Source of the DNA: a virus
IMG/VR virus record: IMGVR_UViG_3300045988_176431
Coordinates: 190,366-254,365 of that record
Reading direction: 5' to 3' (one strand)
Length of the DNA: 64,000 bases
In this document: piece by piece, positions 6,806-15,196 of the stretch
Layout of the letters: each line of letters opens with the position of its first letter
Position numbering within the stretch: position 1 is the stretch's first letter
Notes under the pieces: generated by a model
What the model was told of the DNA's origin: nothing
Database searches by the model: none
Seen by the model: only the letters and a program-made list of their open reading frames with translations
Position numbers and translations under genes: made by a program

Positions 6806-8812
6806 TTAAGCAATGTATTTTTGTATTGATAAGATAATATAGAAAAAGATTGCTTTCTTATAATTAATTCGGCTTGCAATTCTACTGTATTTTTTATCTA
6901 CACCAGATTCTTTTAACCATTGATTTAAAATCGAATTAATTCTTTCTATATTATCATTTTTACTATTTGTTTTCTTAAATAATGAAGCAGCCCATGCTAA
7001 AAAGTATTGACTTCTAACATCACGAATTCGTTTTTTATCCTCATAAATATATAAGAATAAAATAGACTCGATCATTTTTTGTAGTTCATCAACATTCTTC
7101 TCTGTCATAAGTTCTGTTAAAAAGAATCGACAATCACTAATTCCAACACCTGCCATTTTAGCACTTGCTTCTGCTCGTACAATATCAACACCATTTGCAA
7201 TAATAGGCATATATACTTTTAAAACAGCATTTTGTACTTCTGTTGATGCATTAGATACTTCATCAATAATTGGAGTATCGTCATCATACATTGTATTTGT
7301 TGTCACAACTGCATTACCGTTTTTATAATTTTCCATATAAATATTAGCAATCTTTTTAAACATCGAGTTATGATCATTACGAATACGTTGAATAAATCGA
7401 ATTACTTCTTTATCATTTCCTTCTTTCATATAAGGTTTTAAGAACTTATATGAATTTTGAATGCTTTCAACCAAAGCTCCAAATACATGATTTGTCTTTT
7501 TAATCAAAAACTTATCTGTCATATTATCAATCGTATATTTCATAACAGGTTCAATGACACCATTTGGAAAATACTTTGTATAAATGGATGGATAAGCTGA
7601 TAAAGCATAAATAGATAAAGCGGAGTTTAAACTCTTTTTATCTGGATGAATTGTAAAATATCGAATCACAAAATAAAACAACGAAAAAATTGGATTACGA
7701 TTTAATAGCAAAAACTTCGAGCTACCAAGAGTTTTCGTGTGTTCTTTCATTGTTGCTTTTAATTGTTTTTCTGTAATTCCAAAAAGTGTATAATACTGAG
7801 CTTTATCATTATCTGTAAAAGGAATCAAATATACAGGACCACTTGTTGTTAGTTTCGTAATATTTCGGTTAATATAGTTACTTACAAGTTGATTAAATTT
7901 TCTTACATTTCCTGGATTCCCTTTAAAAGTATTTTCAATAAAAGGACTGATAAAGTCTCTAAGAAGAGTGCTATTTCCAGCAGCTTCTACAAATACATCA
8001 TATTCTTCATCAACACTTTTCATGATATAAGACCAGTCATTTGTTAAATCCTCTACAGATTCTTCAAAATCAATATCAAGATTAAACTCTTTAATCTTTT
8101 TATTGATATTTTTTCTAAGTTCCGTTCTCTTATTTTTTGGACAATAAGAGAACATTTTGATTGCTTGTCTTATATGAATCTCATCAATTAAAGGAAATTT
8201 TCTTTCTTCTGGTAATCCAAAATCAGAATCTTTTAATTCATTACGTTCATAAGTATTTAATTTGCTTTCTGGAAAATATTCTTCTTCTGAACTTTCTGTT
8301 ACTACTTTTTGATTATTCTTTGAAAAATACTTATCTTTCAATTTATCAAAAGCAGATTTATTTTCTTCTTTCTCTTTTTTTTCACGTTCTTCTTTTTTAA
8401 TATTTTTATCATAACGTTTTTTTCGTTTCATCAACATATCCATTTGTTTTTCATATACATCTTTGGAAATTAATCCTTGAGTCTTCATTTTCTTTATATG
8501 AGAAATTTGATCATCGATTACTGATTCATACATTGTCTCATCTAAGAAACTGATTTCTTTTGTTTCAGAATCAATCGTAATTATATTACTTTCGTAAATA
8601 TCTTCTGCATTCTTTGAATACAGGATAGCATCTAGTTTATCATCTGGATGCTCTTTTTTTGGTAAAGTCCTAATATAATCATTTACCGCTTCTGTTAAAG
8701 TGCTAAAGTGTTCATTAAATTGAATATCATCATTTAATAAATCAGTTATTACATAGTCACTTTCTTCAATATGTTCAATTGCAGATTCATTATACCATGT
8801 CATTATCATCAC
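6806..8812 (-). CDS. hypothetical 668-aa protein
   Basis: Long ORF with a Lys/Glu-rich middle and a FGLPEERKFPLIDEIHIRQAIKMF motif. No function recognised. It overlaps the upstream gene by 23 nt. Confidence 0.6.
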   Translation of the reverse strand: MMIMTWYNESAIEHIEESDYVITDLLNDDIQFNEHFSTLTEAVNDYIRTLPKKEHPDDKLDAILYSKNAEDIYESNIITIDSETKEISFLDETMYESVIDDQISHIKKMKTQGLISKDVYEKQMDMLMKRKKRYDKNIKKEEREKKEKEENKSAFDKLKDKYFSKNNQKVVTESSEEEYFPESKLNTYERNELKDSDFGLPEERKFPLIDEIHIRQAIKMFSYCPKNKRTELRKNINKKIKEFNLDIDFEESVEDLTNDWSYIMKSVDEEYDVFVEAAGNSTLLRDFISPFIENTFKGNPGNVRKFNQLVSNYINRNITKLTTSGPVYLIPFTDNDKAQYYTLFGITEKQLKATMKEHTKTLGSSKFLLLNRNPIFSLFYFVIRYFTIHPDKKSLNSALSIYALSAYPSIYTKYFPNGVIEPVMKYTIDNMTDKFLIKKTNHVFGALVESIQNSYKFLKPYMKEGNDKEVIRFIQRIRNDHNSMFKKIANIYMENYKNGNAVVTTNTMYDDDTPIIDEVSNASTEVQNAVLKVYMPIIANGVDIVRAEASAKMAGVGISDCRFFLTELMTEKNVDELQKMIESILFLYIYEDKKRIRDVRSQYFLAWAASLFKKTNSKNDNIERINSILNQWLKESGVDKKYSRIASRINYKKAIFFYIILSIQKYIA

Positions 8813-9701
8813 CTACATAATTTAATAAAATACTTTGAACTTCTTTGACCGACTCATGCATCGGTTTATTTTTCGAATTTTTCTTTTTCTCTTGAATATC
8901 TTTACGCTTTTTCTTATATTTATCATATTTATCCAAAGTCCTTTCTGATTTCTTACTAAGGATTCTCATTGCTCGATTCTTTGTACTTTCATCTTTTGTA
9001 AGTTTTCCACCTAGTTTAAATGATTTACTTACAGCAGATAAAGAAAGTCTTTTGATTTCTCCAGATACATACGAAATCCAAGAAGTCATACGAGAAAGAA
9101 TTTTATCTGTTTGATAAATATCAACCTCTTCTAATCTATTAATATTACTTTCTACCCACCGATTAAAATCATCAATAGCAGGAGCCCCTTGATTACAAAC
9201 TAATCTCTTATAATCAAGTAAGAAATCACCAATTGATGATAAAGCAATAAGTATTTCACTTGCTCCAGGAACAGGTGCTAATAATGGAGTCCACCCAAGA
9301 GCAAATGCTGTTGGTACAGATATTTTATTATATCCTCTCATATTTTTAAATTCTTTTGCCTTCGTTGTCAAAACATTTAAACTTGATGTAAGGATTTTTT
9401 TCTTTTTATCTGGATGAATTCCTTTTAATTTGACTTGCTCTTTATTTTTCTTTGTATTTTCAATTGCTTTCTTAAAAGTTTTTTCTTTAAAGAAATTTAC
9501 AATTTTTTGTAAAGCTTCTTTTACTTTATTAACTAATTGCTTTACTTTTTCTTTTACAGAATCACCTTTTGATTCTGTCATCCAATATAAATTATTTTTA
9601 TTTTTCGTATATTCTAATAAATTCTTCGACATATTGGTAGCCTCTGTAATACACGAATCTATATCAGAAAATATACTTTCAATCTCTTGTACATAATTCA
9701 T
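8790..9701 (-). CDS. paralog-family protein (leader-xES / amphipathic helix / hydrophobic segment / Lys-rich tail)
   Basis: Contains ..LYWMTES-KGDSVKEKVKQLVNKVKEALQKIVNFFKEK.., the hydrophobic segment FALGWTPLLAPVPGASEILIALSSIG, and a K-rich tail. The RBS is GAAAGTGAGG. Confidence 0.6.
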   Translation of the reverse strand: MNYVQEIESIFSDIDSCITEATNMSKNLLEYTKNKNNLYWMTESKGDSVKEKVKQLVNKVKEALQKIVNFFKEKTFKKAIENTKKNKEQVKLKGIHPDKKKKILTSSLNVLTTKAKEFKNMRGYNKISVPTAFALGWTPLLAPVPGASEILIALSSIGDFLLDYKRLVCNQGAPAIDDFNRWVESNINRLEEVDIYQTDKILSRMTSWISYVSGEIKRLSLSAVSKSFKLGGKLTKDESTKNRAMRILSKKSERTLDKYDKYKKKRKDIQEKKKNSKNKPMHESVKEVQSILLNYVGDDNDMV

Positions 9702-9809
9702 AGTATTTTCCTCACTTTCATAAAAAATATATTAATAAATTGTCCATCTCTTTATTTATATATTATTCTTATAGTGATGATATAAGAATAAGAAAGGTGG
9801 TAAATTATT

Positions 9810-10691
9810 ATGGTAGATAATTTGAACATGACGAGAGAAAGAATAAGAAAACGTCGTAAATATTGGATTGAACGAATGGAATCGAATTCAATTTATAAAA
9901 GAGAAACTGAACGAAGTATTGATAAATCTCGTTTATATCATTCTTATCATATAAGAGATAAGATTTCTCCAATTTATGATACTCCTGCTAAAGTAGAATA
10001 TCGTGAAGAAAAGACAAACGAAACGATTATGCATATATGTGATGAAGTGTCAAATTATGATAGTTCACCGGAAACTAAAATTGCTGTACTTAATTTTGCA
10101 TCTTATAAAAGACCTGGTGGAGGATTTCTTACAGGAACTGGCACGGCACAAGAAGAATCTCTTTGTGAAGTAAGTAACCTTGCTTTAATCTTAGAGAATT
10201 TTATCGATGAATATCGGGAAAGAAAAGCAAATTATGGATTGTATTCAAATGATTGTATTTATTCTCCTGATGTTTTATTTCGAGATAAAGGAAGAAAATG
10301 TATATTACGTCGATGTGATGTAATCAGTATATCGGCACCAAATTATATCGTTTATACGAGTAAGGGAAACGATTTCTCATTTAGAAATAAATATGGAACA
10401 ACTAGTATTCATCATCATTTAGATTACCTAGATGCAATTGATACTAGAATTCAAACTATTTTTGATATTGCGGTTGACAATAAGGTAGATGTTTTAGTTC
10501 TTGGTGCCTTTGGATGTGGAATTTTTGGAAACAAACCAACGTTAGTTGCTGAAACTATGTTTAAACTGGTAAAAATATATGAAAAGAACTTTAAGAAAAT
10601 TATTTTTACGATTCCATATAATCCAAAAGTAACACCAGCATTTAAATTATATTATAAATTATATAAGGAAGGAAAAGGTGAAGAACTATGA
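9810..10691 (+). CDS. bacterial-type poly(ADP-ribose) glycohydrolase-like macrodomain protein (DUF2263/TIGR02452-like)
   Basis: VLNFASYKRPGGGFLTGTGTAQEESLCEVS contains the PARG signature GGG-x8-QEE. VLVLGAFGCGIFGNKP matches the second conserved block of this family. Confidence 0.7.
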   Translation: MVDNLNMTRERIRKRRKYWIERMESNSIYKRETERSIDKSRLYHSYHIRDKISPIYDTPAKVEYREEKTNETIMHICDEVSNYDSSPETKIAVLNFASYKRPGGGFLTGTGTAQEESLCEVSNLALILENFIDEYRERKANYGLYSNDCIYSPDVLFRDKGRKCILRRCDVISISAPNYIVYTSKGNDFSFRNKYGTTSIHHHLDYLDAIDTRIQTIFDIAVDNKVDVLVLGAFGCGIFGNKPTLVAETMFKLVKIYEKNFKKIIFTIPYNPKVTPAFKLYYKLYKEGKGEEL

Positions 10692-11281
10692 AAAAAATAA
10701 ATTCATATGTTATTAAAGTATTAAAGAATTGCTTAGATTTTAAAAATACTAAAATCAATATGAAGTTTGAAGATAGAGTTTCTTTATTTATTCAAACAAT
10801 TTCAGGTACTTATTTCGACTTTTCAAAATGGGTAGAAAGAAGAACGTTTGAAAATCTCTTTCATATGATTTTTACATTTGATATGAATGATGTATTGAGA
10901 AGTTGTCCTGAAAAGAAACAAGAGTTAATGATTGGAGATTTTGATCCTGATGATGTGATTATTGCATTCTTAGGACCACTGATGGAATATCAACCATTAA
11001 ATGATGAAATGATTTCTGAATTATTTGAGAATGAGAATAAATCTTTTGTGACATACGCATTCTTAATTACGATGTATGTCTCATTTCCATTTCATGTAAT
11101 TGAGAGATTATTAGATGAGGTTTCTATTCCTGATAAAGAAATCATTATGAGATCTCAGTATTTTACAGAAGAAGAATATAATAGTATTTCTTTTCATTGT
11201 ACCTCTCTTGGTAGTTATACAAACTACTTAGAAAATTATATTGCACGAATAACCACAAGTATATCATTAGAAAGAAATTAG
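10688..11281 (+). CDS. hypothetical protein
   Basis: 197-aa ORF with a 4-nt ATGA overlap with the upstream gene. No motif recognised. Confidence 0.5.
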   Translation: MKKINSYVIKVLKNCLDFKNTKINMKFEDRVSLFIQTISGTYFDFSKWVERRTFENLFHMIFTFDMNDVLRSCPEKKQELMIGDFDPDDVIIAFLGPLMEYQPLNDEMISELFENENKSFVTYAFLITMYVSFPFHVIERLLDEVSIPDKEIIMRSQYFTEEEYNSISFHCTSLGSYTNYLENYIARITTSISLERN

Positions 11282-11296
11282 GGGGAAAATAATAAA

Positions 11297-11818
11297 ATGA
11301 ATTACGCAGATATAAAAGAATATGATGTAGCAAATGGTCCAGGAGTTCGACTTAGTTTATTTGTATCTGGATGTCCACATCATTGTAAGAATTGCTTTAA
11401 TGAAGAAACATGGGATTACTCTTACGGAAAACCATTTACTGAATTTGAAGAATCTAAGATGATTTCTATTTTGAAAAAGAAATTGGGATACATTTATGAC
11501 GGTCTTTCAATTCTTGGTGGAGAACCATTTGCTGACGAAAATAAAAATGATGTATTACATTTTGTCAAAAGAGTCAAAAAAGAAATTCCAGATATTAATA
11601 TCTGGATGTATTCTGGATATTTATTTGAAGAATTGATAGAAGATGACATAAAATATGAAATTTTAAGTCATATTAATACATTGGTCGATGGGAGATTCGT
11701 AGAAAACTTAAAGGACTTGAAATTACGATTTAGAGGTTCTTCAAATCAAAGAATTATCGATGTTCAGGAATCATTAAAAACAAAAACTGTAAAAGAAATG
11801 TATAATTACTATAAATAA
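11297..11818 (+). CDS. nrdG: anaerobic ribonucleotide reductase activating protein
   Basis: N-terminus MNYADIKEYDVANGPGVRLSLFVSGCPHHCKNCFN is the canonical NrdG start with the CxxxCxxC radical SAM cluster. 173 aa. Confidence 0.9.
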   Translation: MNYADIKEYDVANGPGVRLSLFVSGCPHHCKNCFNEETWDYSYGKPFTEFEESKMISILKKKLGYIYDGLSILGGEPFADENKNDVLHFVKRVKKEIPDINIWMYSGYLFEELIEDDIKYEILSHINTLVDGRFVENLKDLKLRFRGSSNQRIIDVQESLKTKTVKEMYNYYK

Positions 11819-12012
11819 TTATACATTATTTTCATGTCGATACTTAATATGTATATTAAGTATCTATTGAAAGCCCAAAGAGATTCAAAACTCATTCATG
11901 AGATTAGATCATCAGGAAGTTTAAATACACCGAGGTACCAAAAGGGGTTTTCCACCTAAAAATTTTATTCGGCATTTCCGATAAAAATCATGGTGAAAGG
12001 GTACACAGAAAA

Positions 12013-12050
12013 AAGAAGTCTGATAACTTTAATTATCAGACTTCTTTTTT
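12013..12050 (+). terminator. rho-independent terminator
   Basis: gaagtctgataa..ttatcagacttc stem followed by a T7 run. It lies about 40 nt upstream of the next start (12093). Confidence 0.8.
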
Positions 12051-12092
12051 TAATCAACACATAAAAATTAAAAAAATAAGGAGGATAAGAAA

Positions 12093-12818
12093 ATGAATGA
12101 CATTGTGAGATTTACAAAAGGAAATAAGAATGATTTTATCGCAAGAAATAACTCTGGTAAAATCATTCTGTCAAAGAATAGAATTAGAAAAGAAGGTTAT
12201 TATAAAATCACTGATTCTGAAGAAACAGAAAAATATATTTTAGCAAGTACAAAAAGAATTCCTTATGATTATTATCCAGAAATTGATTATGAGGAATTCT
12301 TAAAAGTTCTTGATGCAAATGGATTTAAAATTGGATTCATTGAAGATTTCCATTATAAATCAGATACTCATGAAGGAAATGAACATCTGGTGTTTGCATA
12401 TGATTTATCAACGAATCTTATTATTGTGGCAGAAACTTGGAATAATGGTGAATCCATAATTAACGTACACTTATATTGTCCGGGTTATACACGCCATAAT
12501 AAACTTACAGTGAAGCAAATAAATGACACAAGTGTATTAAGACTAGATATTGATGATATATATGATTCTCACAAGAATATAGGAATTATTCATATGATAA
12601 AGCATCATATGAATAAATTTTCTTCATCTGGTAAGAATACATATAAGAATGTCTCTATCAGTTTATGGAACTATTCAGAATCAATTGCTCAGAATATGTC
12701 AAATAATAAATTTATTGACTTTTATGCAAAGACTCTTGAGAAAATTAATCGTGCTGATAAAAATGATATGTTAAAGTTATTTAAAGGAAATACTATTATG
12801 TTAGAAGCCTTAAAATAA
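12093..12818 (+). CDS. hypothetical protein
   Basis: ATG follows AAGGAGGA. 241 aa, no motif recognised. Confidence 0.55.
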   Translation: MNDIVRFTKGNKNDFIARNNSGKIILSKNRIRKEGYYKITDSEETEKYILASTKRIPYDYYPEIDYEEFLKVLDANGFKIGFIEDFHYKSDTHEGNEHLVFAYDLSTNLIIVAETWNNGESIINVHLYCPGYTRHNKLTVKQINDTSVLRLDIDDIYDSHKNIGIIHMIKHHMNKFSSSGKNTYKNVSISLWNYSESIAQNMSNNKFIDFYAKTLEKINRADKNDMLKLFKGNTIMLEALK

Positions 12819-12828
12819 TTTTGACGAT

Positions 12829-12862
12829 AGAAAGTGGTGTAGTTAAAACTACACCACTTTCT
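12829..12862. terminator. bidirectional terminator
   Basis: agaaagtggtgtagtt/aactacaccactttct 16-bp stem plus a T run, between convergent genes. Confidence 0.85.
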
Positions 12863-12887
12863 TTTTTTAATATTGATAATCTTTTAT

Positions 12888-13637
12888 TTATTTTCTAAAT
12901 TCTTTAGTTATCTGCTTATTCCATTCTAATGCTTTCTTTTTTTCTTCCTCTGTTAAATTTCTACGCATACCTTTATTCTTATCATTATTCGTCTTTTCTT
13001 TTTCAATCTTTTTCATTGCTTTGTCAACTGCCTGAAGTTCCGCAGATGTTTCATCAGATATTATATTTAACTTACCTAATGTTTTTTGCATTAATATATC
13101 ATCTGAATTCATTGCTTCATTAAATATACGATCTAATTCACGTCTTTTATCGTTATTTCTATTTTTTATTTTTTTAATAATAGCTAGAGAAGCTGAAAGA
13201 GTTAGAACTAAACCAGCACCCGCAATAATTTTTTTCTTTTTTGATTTATACTCATCTACTAAATCGCTTACTTCTTCTTTTGATTCTGCTTTATCAATTT
13301 TTTTCATGGTAGCATCTGCTTCTTTTGAAATCTTTTCATAATCTGGTATATCAATTTCAACATCTTTCAATTCTGGAGTATCTTTTATAATTATTTCAAT
13401 TTTATTTTTATTAAAAAATTGAGAAATCTTATTGGTAATATTTTGTATTAACCTTTTAATTCTATCAATAATTTTTCTTATAAAACTTTTTTGTTTTACA
13501 GTTATTGTGAATAATTCTGAATCTTGAGTACTTTCTATCATAGTAATACATGATTCACATTCACATATTAACTTAGAAAAACTTGTATCTGTATCATAAA
13601 AATCAGAAAATGTCTCGAAACGTTGTTCTCTTAACAT
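12888..13637 (-). CDS. paralog-family protein
   Basis: Contains ..CITMIES-TQDSELFTITVKQKSFIRKIIDRIKRLIQNITNKISQFF.., the hydrophobic segment KIIAGAGLVLTLSASLAIIKKI, and a K/E tail. The RBS is GAAAGTGAGG. Confidence 0.6.
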   Translation of the reverse strand: MLREQRFETFSDFYDTDTSFSKLICECESCITMIESTQDSELFTITVKQKSFIRKIIDRIKRLIQNITNKISQFFNKNKIEIIIKDTPELKDVEIDIPDYEKISKEADATMKKIDKAESKEEVSDLVDEYKSKKKKIIAGAGLVLTLSASLAIIKKIKNRNNDKRRELDRIFNEAMNSDDILMQKTLGKLNIISDETSAELQAVDKAMKKIEKEKTNNDKNKGMRRNLTEEEKKKALEWNKQITKEFRK

Positions 13638-13715
13638 ATTTTTTACCTCACTTTCTTATATTAAACTAAAATATATTTATATTTATGTACTTTTTTTTAA
13701 ATAAATATATAAAAA

Positions 13716-13752
13716 AGAATGAAGTGATACTTTTTTAGTATCACTTCATTCT
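13716..13752. terminator. terminator downstream of nrdD exon 2
   Basis: agaatgaagtgatac/gtatcacttcattct 15-bp stem flanked by A6 and T6 runs. Confidence 0.85.
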
Positions 13753-13759
13753 TTTTTCT

Positions 13760-14140
13760 TTATAAATGAGTTACACGAGATTTTATTTCTTTTGTTTTTC
13801 CGATATTCCAGAAATTTTCACCTAAATATCCACATGTACGTCTTGTTACATTCATTTTTCTTTTATCTTTATTTCCACAGTTTGGACATTCCCATTCATT
13901 ATCATCATTAATGATAATCTCACCGTCATATCCACAAACGTGACAATAATCTGATTTTGTATTAAATTCACCATACTGAATATGATCATAAATATAATAT
14001 ACAACTTTTGCTACTGCTTCTAAGTTATTTTGTAAATTAGGAATTTCTACATAAGAAATTGCACCACCGCTTGATAATTCTTGAAATTCGGATTCAAAAT
14101 CGAATTTACTAAAAGCATCAATCTTTTCTCTCACATCTAT
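13760..14140 (-). CDS. nrdD: anaerobic ribonucleoside-triphosphate reductase, exon 2 (C-terminal Zn-ribbon + glycyl-radical domain)
   Basis: The translation ..IDVREKIDAFSKFDFES..GGAISYVE..CHVCGY..CPNCG..VTRRTCGYLG.. contains CxxC..CxxC and the RxCGY glycyl-radical motif. There is no ATG; the frame is open upstream of the tool's GTG start. Confidence 0.85.
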   Translation of the reverse strand: MDVREKIDAFSKFDFESEFQELSSGGAISYVEIPNLQNNLEAVAKVVYYIYDHIQYGEFNTKSDYCHVCGYDGEIIINDDNEWECPNCGNKDKRKMNVTRRTCGYLGENFWNIGKTKEIKSRVTHL

Positions 14141-15196
14141 CTTATTTACCCTCGATTTCTCGATATTTATATAGGGAATAGACTATCTCATAATCTAATA
14201 TAAAAAATATATTAGATCCTTTGCACTACACACGTGGAATTTCACCACAATGCTCTTATGACATAATAATCATTATATCAAATTTAGTCGTTACACTTTA
14301 CTTTTAATTAATTCTTTTACCTCTTAAACCTTTATATGTAGACATTCTACCACTAAGTAGAGATTTTAAACTAGATGGATTCCATCCATTCTCAAAACAT
14401 GTTTTATTAACATTTTTGTACTCTTTAGAACTTCCGTCTGGAAAATAAATTATAAATTTAACAGTTCTTCTTGTATTTCCTTGTTGTTCTTTAACATGAA
14501 CCCATCTACAATTTGACTTTTCATAGTTTCCATCAGGATCAATCCTATCTAATGAAACATTTTTTTCTCCATATAATAAACACGCATCTTTATAAGATTC
14601 AAACATATCATCATAAAAATCAATAAAATATATCCATGAATCACTGTTTATCCCTCTTCCGCCATAATCTGAATAATGTTCATATGTTGGATTAGTTGTC
14701 CGTGTTCGTAACGAACACCAAATTGAATGAAATTTTATATTTTTCGTTTTTAATCCAGTTCCACACGCACTATGATTTGTTCCAGAATGTCTCATGACAG
14801 TTTCAGGTAGCATTGTTTTATATCTTCCGCATTTTGTACATCTCATTAAATAGACTGATGTTTTTCTTTGTACATGATAACCATAACTGATACATTTTAG
14901 ATCATCTACAATTGTACCATTTTTGAGTATTTCTAAAGGTTTCAATATTTAATCACACCTTTCTTCTTTAATAAAAAATAGTATAATTAAATATTATTAA
15001 TTAAAAGTCTTAGCACGGTATTACCTGCTATCCAATATTATTGGACCGTAGGTTCTCTTAGGGAGCGTATTCGAGATTTAAAATCCTTATTTAACTCTTA
15101 CCGTTAGCAAATTATAAAAATATAATTCACACCTACTATTTAGTAGTTCACAAAGTTTTTCATTATATATCACTATATAATGCCACTAGTATGTCA
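14141..15196 (-). mobile_element. group I intron (phage IA2-like) interrupting nrdD, carrying an HNH endonuclease ORF
   Basis: The exon 1 frame hits TGA right after ..YYTNSYH, and the NrdD sequence resumes 1056 nt downstream. The exon end ACCAU can pair with the intron GUGG (U.G at the splice site). The proposed last intron base is G. RNA-strand segments CCGTGCTAAGACT, GTAACGACTAAA and GAGATAGTCT resemble T4 td/sunY intron core segments (from memory). Boundaries are +/- a few nt. Confidence 0.7.
14304..14945 (-). CDS. HNH homing endonuclease (intron-encoded)
   Basis: TTG start lies 12 nt after GAAAGG. SLDRIDPDGNYEKSNCRWVHVKEQQGN is an HNH motif, and there is an N-terminal Cys cluster (CTKCGRYK..HSAC). 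The ORF lies wholly inside the proposed intron. Confidence 0.75.
   Translation of the reverse strand: MKPLEILKNGTIVDDLKCISYGYHVQRKTSVYLMRCTKCGRYKTMLPETVMRHSGTNHSACGTGLKTKNIKFHSIWCSLRTRTTNPTYEHYSDYGGRGINSDSWIYFIDFYDDMFESYKDACLLYGEKNVSLDRIDPDGNYEKSNCRWVHVKEQQGNTRRTVKFIIYFPDGSSKEYKNVNKTCFENGWNPSSLKSLLSGRMSTYKGLRGKRIN

Noticed and set aside
9751-9767. 17-mer tttatttatatattatt shared with 30771-30787, both upstream of plus-strand genes. Considered as a phage promoter motif.
   Set aside because: In DNA this AT-rich, a handful of 17-nt A/T-only matches are expected by chance in 64 kb. There are only two copies, at different distances from their genes.
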